DNA of 64,000 nucleotides from Candidatus Latescibacterota bacterium (GTDB lineage Bacteria; Latescibacterota; UBA2968; UBA8231): NCBI GenBank assembly GCA_965242865.1, contig CBDETK010000013.1, positions 2,368,001 to 2,432,000 of the forward strand, read 5' to 3'. Shown piece by piece: positions 61,300 to 64,000 of this stretch (position 1 is its first letter; each line of letters starts with the position of its first letter). The notes under the pieces were generated by a model. It saw only the letters and a program-made list of their open reading frames with translations, ran no database searches and was not told where the DNA came from. The position numbers and the translations under genes were made by a program.

Positions 61300-64000
61300 A
61301 GCCGCTCTCATTAACCTGCCCGTCGCCCGCTGTTGCCGTAAACGTCCGCGGTGCCCACGGCGGCCCCACCACCGCCGACGTCTTGGGGCTTTGTGCCTGC
61401 TGCCGACCATAGTCATCGGCATAGGACACCCGCGCCACGAGCTGCAACCCCAAATGCACTGTGCTCACCCGCAACGGCTCCGACTGCAATGCGCTGGGCG
61501 GCGGATCGGCTCCATTGGCCCCCGACACCCCCGCCGGCAGGAAAAACGACCAAGTAAACCCCACATCCGTCGGGTTATCCGGGTCGGTCAACGTCGCGGT
61601 CAGGTCGTCGCCGACCTGCGGCGTGGTCGTCGAGAGCGCCACACGCCCTTTGGTGTCCACCGGCAACGTCACCGTATCCGTCCGCGTCGTCGCCGACCAT
61701 CCCCCGCCGTTGCGCACCCGCACTTCAAACCGATAGGACCCCCCATCCACCAGCGGATGCCGCACCGTAAACGACCGCGTCGTCGCCGCCGTGCCCATGG
61801 ACAGCCAGCCCCCCCACGCGGTGGACAGCCAGCCCCCCCACGCGGTGATCGGCTCCAAAATCTGGCCCCGCTTATACTGCCACTCGCGGATGCTGGTGTG
61901 CGTCGGCCCCGTCCACGTCAGCGTCGCCTGTCGAATGCCCGGCGTGGCCGTCAAGCCCGTGGGCGCACCCGGTGGCGGTTGCACTCCCGCCACCCCCGGC
62001 AGCGTATCGGACCAAGCACTCACCGTCTCGCCCACCCGCGCCCGCACTCGGTAGCGATAGCGGCGGTCGGCATCGACCCCTCGATGCACATAGGGCTGTG
62101 CGCCGTTGGCTTGCTGGGTCGTCCACGCCGAAGGCCACGACCCGCCGTCAAACGGCTTGCTCTGCCCCTCCACCTCATAGCCGGTCGCCGACGCCACCGC
62201 CGACCAAGCAACCTTCAGCGCCGGGCCGGCCTGCACTGAAACCGAACCGCCCGTGGGCCGAGCCAACCACGGCGTGACCGTATTGCTCACCGCCGAAGGC
62301 CGACCGCCGCCGGCCCCATTGACCGCCCGCACTTGAAACCGATACGCTTGACCGGCCGTCAAGCCTTCTACCGGGGCCGACCACCCCGCCACGGCACTAC
62401 CACTGACCGTCGCGTCCAGCCAATCCCCCTCCGTATCGGCCCCCTCCGCCGTCACATCCCGATACCGCCACTTGATGATGCTGGCATGATCCGGCCCCGT
62501 CCACCGCAGCGTCGCTTGGCTTGCCCCGGCCTCGGCGGTAAACCCCGTCGGCGGACCCACCCCGGGCTGAACCCCCGCCAAAGGCTCCGCCGCCGACCAC
62601 GCACTCTCCAACTCGCCCACCCGCGCCCGCACCTGATACCGATACAGGCTATCCGGCGATACCCCCTGGTGAACATACCGCCGCCGGCCAACGACATCGG
62701 ACGCCAATGATGTCCACGTCGAAGGCCACGACCCGCCATCAAAGGGTTTGCTCTGCCCTTGCACCGCGTAGCTCGTCGCCGCGACCACCGCCGACCACTC
62801 CACCCGAACCTGCGTCCACCCCGACCGAAACGACACCCCCGACGGCGCAACCGGCGGACCGACCACCGCCTCACTTGGATCACTCTCTGCCGTCCGTTCC
62901 GTGTTGGGATCGTGCCCATCGCGGTAGCGCACCGTCGCCTGCAACTGCCACCCCACATCGCCCGACACCGGCGTGTAACTCGATAGCTCAGGATACGCCG
63001 AGGCCGCACCCGACACCGCCGACGAAGCCCCCGACACCCCGGCCCCAATCGCTTCCCATGCTCCCGTTGTGCCCAACCGACGCTGCCACTGCCAAGCCGA
63101 TCCCGTAATCTGCCCATCCGGATCGGTCAACCCCGCCACCACTGCCGTGCCCACCTCCGGCGGCAACCCCCCCGTCAGCACCACCGACCCATCCTCGTTC
63201 TGATTGACGACCGACACCGACACCCGCAGGCTGTCCGACAGCACCGCGTCGGAGACCTTCACCCACACGTCGTAGCGCGCTTGGGCTTCATAATCGGCCG
63301 CATTCGCCAAATGGAGTTCCCGCGACGGCTCCGTCCCCGGCGACGCCGGTTCCTTCAATTCAAACGCACTCGCATCCGTGCCCGTTATACTCCACGTCAG
63401 ATCGTCGCCATCCGGGTCGCGGCCAGTATAGGTGCCCAACAACCACGGTGAGGAACTGTTTTCGGCTATGTCCACCGACGCCGGACCCGACACCGACGGG
63501 GCGCGGTTGGCAGCCGGACGCACCGGCGAAGTCAAAGCACTCGTCGCCGACGCCGCGCCAAAAGAGTCCGTGTAGTCGGCTTGGATACGCAGAGGCTTCC
63601 CCACGCGGCTGTTGGGGATAGTCAGCGTCCATGTCTGCGTCGCCTCCGACGCCGGCCCGGTTACGCCGCCGTCCGAGGTGCTCTCATAGTGGGGCGTCCA
63701 ATACACCGGCTCTGCAATGCCATCTTCGTCCGATAGCGTTGCCGTGAGGGATTCCTCCGCTCGCGGCGCGGTCGTCGAAAGGCGAATGACACCGGCATCG
63801 TTGGCATCGGTCACCGACACGATGACCGACACGGACACATCGCCGATGGATACCGACACCGCGTAGGTGTTGTTCGCACCATCGTCGGCAGGCTGCTCAA
63901 AGTTGGGAGGACGCTTGAACTCAAGCATCCGCGACGTGCCCGTCCCTTGTAACTCCGCAAACGCACTCGTATCCGTCCCCGCCAACTTCCACGACAACGC
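61271..64000 (-). CDS. Cassette C: stalk of a third paralog, 3'-truncated, 5' end outside the window
   Basis: Cadherin-like/FN3 stalk collinear with A and B; homology ends near 61315. Confidence 0.85.
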   Translation of the reverse strand, partial: ALSWKLAGTDTSAFAELQGTGTSRMLEFKRPPNFEQPADDGANNTYAVSVSIGDVSVSVIVSVTDANDAGVIRLSTTAPRAEESLTATLSDEDGIAEPVYWTPHYESTSDGGVTGPASEATQTWTLTIPNSRVGKPLRIQADYTDSFGAASATSALTSPVRPAANRAPSVSGPASVDIAENSSSPWLLGTYTGRDPDGDDLTWSITGTDASAFELKEPASPGTEPSRELHLANAADYEAQARYDVWVKVSDAVLSDSLRVSVSVVNQNEDGSVVLTGGLPPEVGTAVVAGLTDPDGQITGSAWQWQRRLGTTGAWEAIGAGVSGASSAVSGAASAYPELSSYTPVSGDVGWQLQATVRYRDGHDPNTERTAESDPSEAVVGPPVAPSGVSFRSGWTQVRVEWSAVVAATSYAVQGQSKPFDGGSWPSTWTSLASDVVGRRRYVHQGVSPDSLYRYQVRARVGELESAWSAAEPLAGVQPGVGPPTGFTAEAGASQATLRWTGPDHASIIKWRYRDVTAEGADTEGDWLDATVSGSAVAGWSAPVEGLTAGQAYRFQVRAVNGAGGGRPSAVSNTVTPWLARPTGGSVSVQAGPALKVAWSAVASATGYEVEGQSKPFDGGSWPSAWTTQQANGAQPYVHRGVDADRRYRYRVRARVGETVSAWSDTLPGVAGVQPPPGAPTGLTATPGIRQATLTWTGPTHTSIREWQYKRGQILEPITAWGGWLSTAWGGWLSMGTAATTRSFTVRHPLVDGGSYRFEVRVRNGGGWSATTRTDTVTLPVDTKGRVALSTTTPQVGDDLTATLTDPDNPTDVGFTWSFFLPAGVSGANGADPPPSALQSEPLRVSTVHLGLQLVARVSYADDYGRQQAQSPKTSAVVGPPWAPRTFTATAGDGQVNESGSMAPARDAL

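Noticed and set aside
44985-64000. Diversity-generating retroelement or shufflon
   Set aside because: No reverse transcriptase or invertase in the window; differences are not adenine-specific; cassettes are direct, not inverted, repeats.

Overview
GC-rich bacterial window. FlgD-Ig/'NPFNP' C-terminal domains, 'TSWGQLK' tails, FG-GAP/ASPIC, LRR and FN3/cadherin proteins suggest a Latescibacterota/Gemmatimonadota-like, possibly host-associated organism (inference only). 1-44.9 kb holds secreted/surface proteins, small toxin-antitoxin modules, a hen1-pnkp RNA-repair operon whose ligase domain carries an in-frame (QGYNQG)8 expansion, catabolic genes, an IS630 element that truncated an AAA-ATPase gene, and hisA/rsmD/solA-like genes. 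The most striking region is 45-64 kb: a tandem array of at least three cassettes. The two cassettes seen in full each have a giant M6-family metalloprotease-FN3/cadherin gene with a divergent low-GC head, and a divergently transcribed, equally variable secreted partner gene. Only the last cassette keeps the C-terminal FlgD-Ig domain; the upstream ones are cut off directly behind the neighbouring partner gene. This looks like a mirror-image polymorphic effector/cognate-partner system. A second candidate novelty is a TAA-N4-TTG-N5-CAA-N4-TTA palindrome fused to a poly-C tract, found twice ahead of exported-protein genes. Caveat: several indels fall in homopolymers and the array has near-identical repeats, so read-level checks are needed. 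No rRNA, tRNA or CRISPR array was seen.
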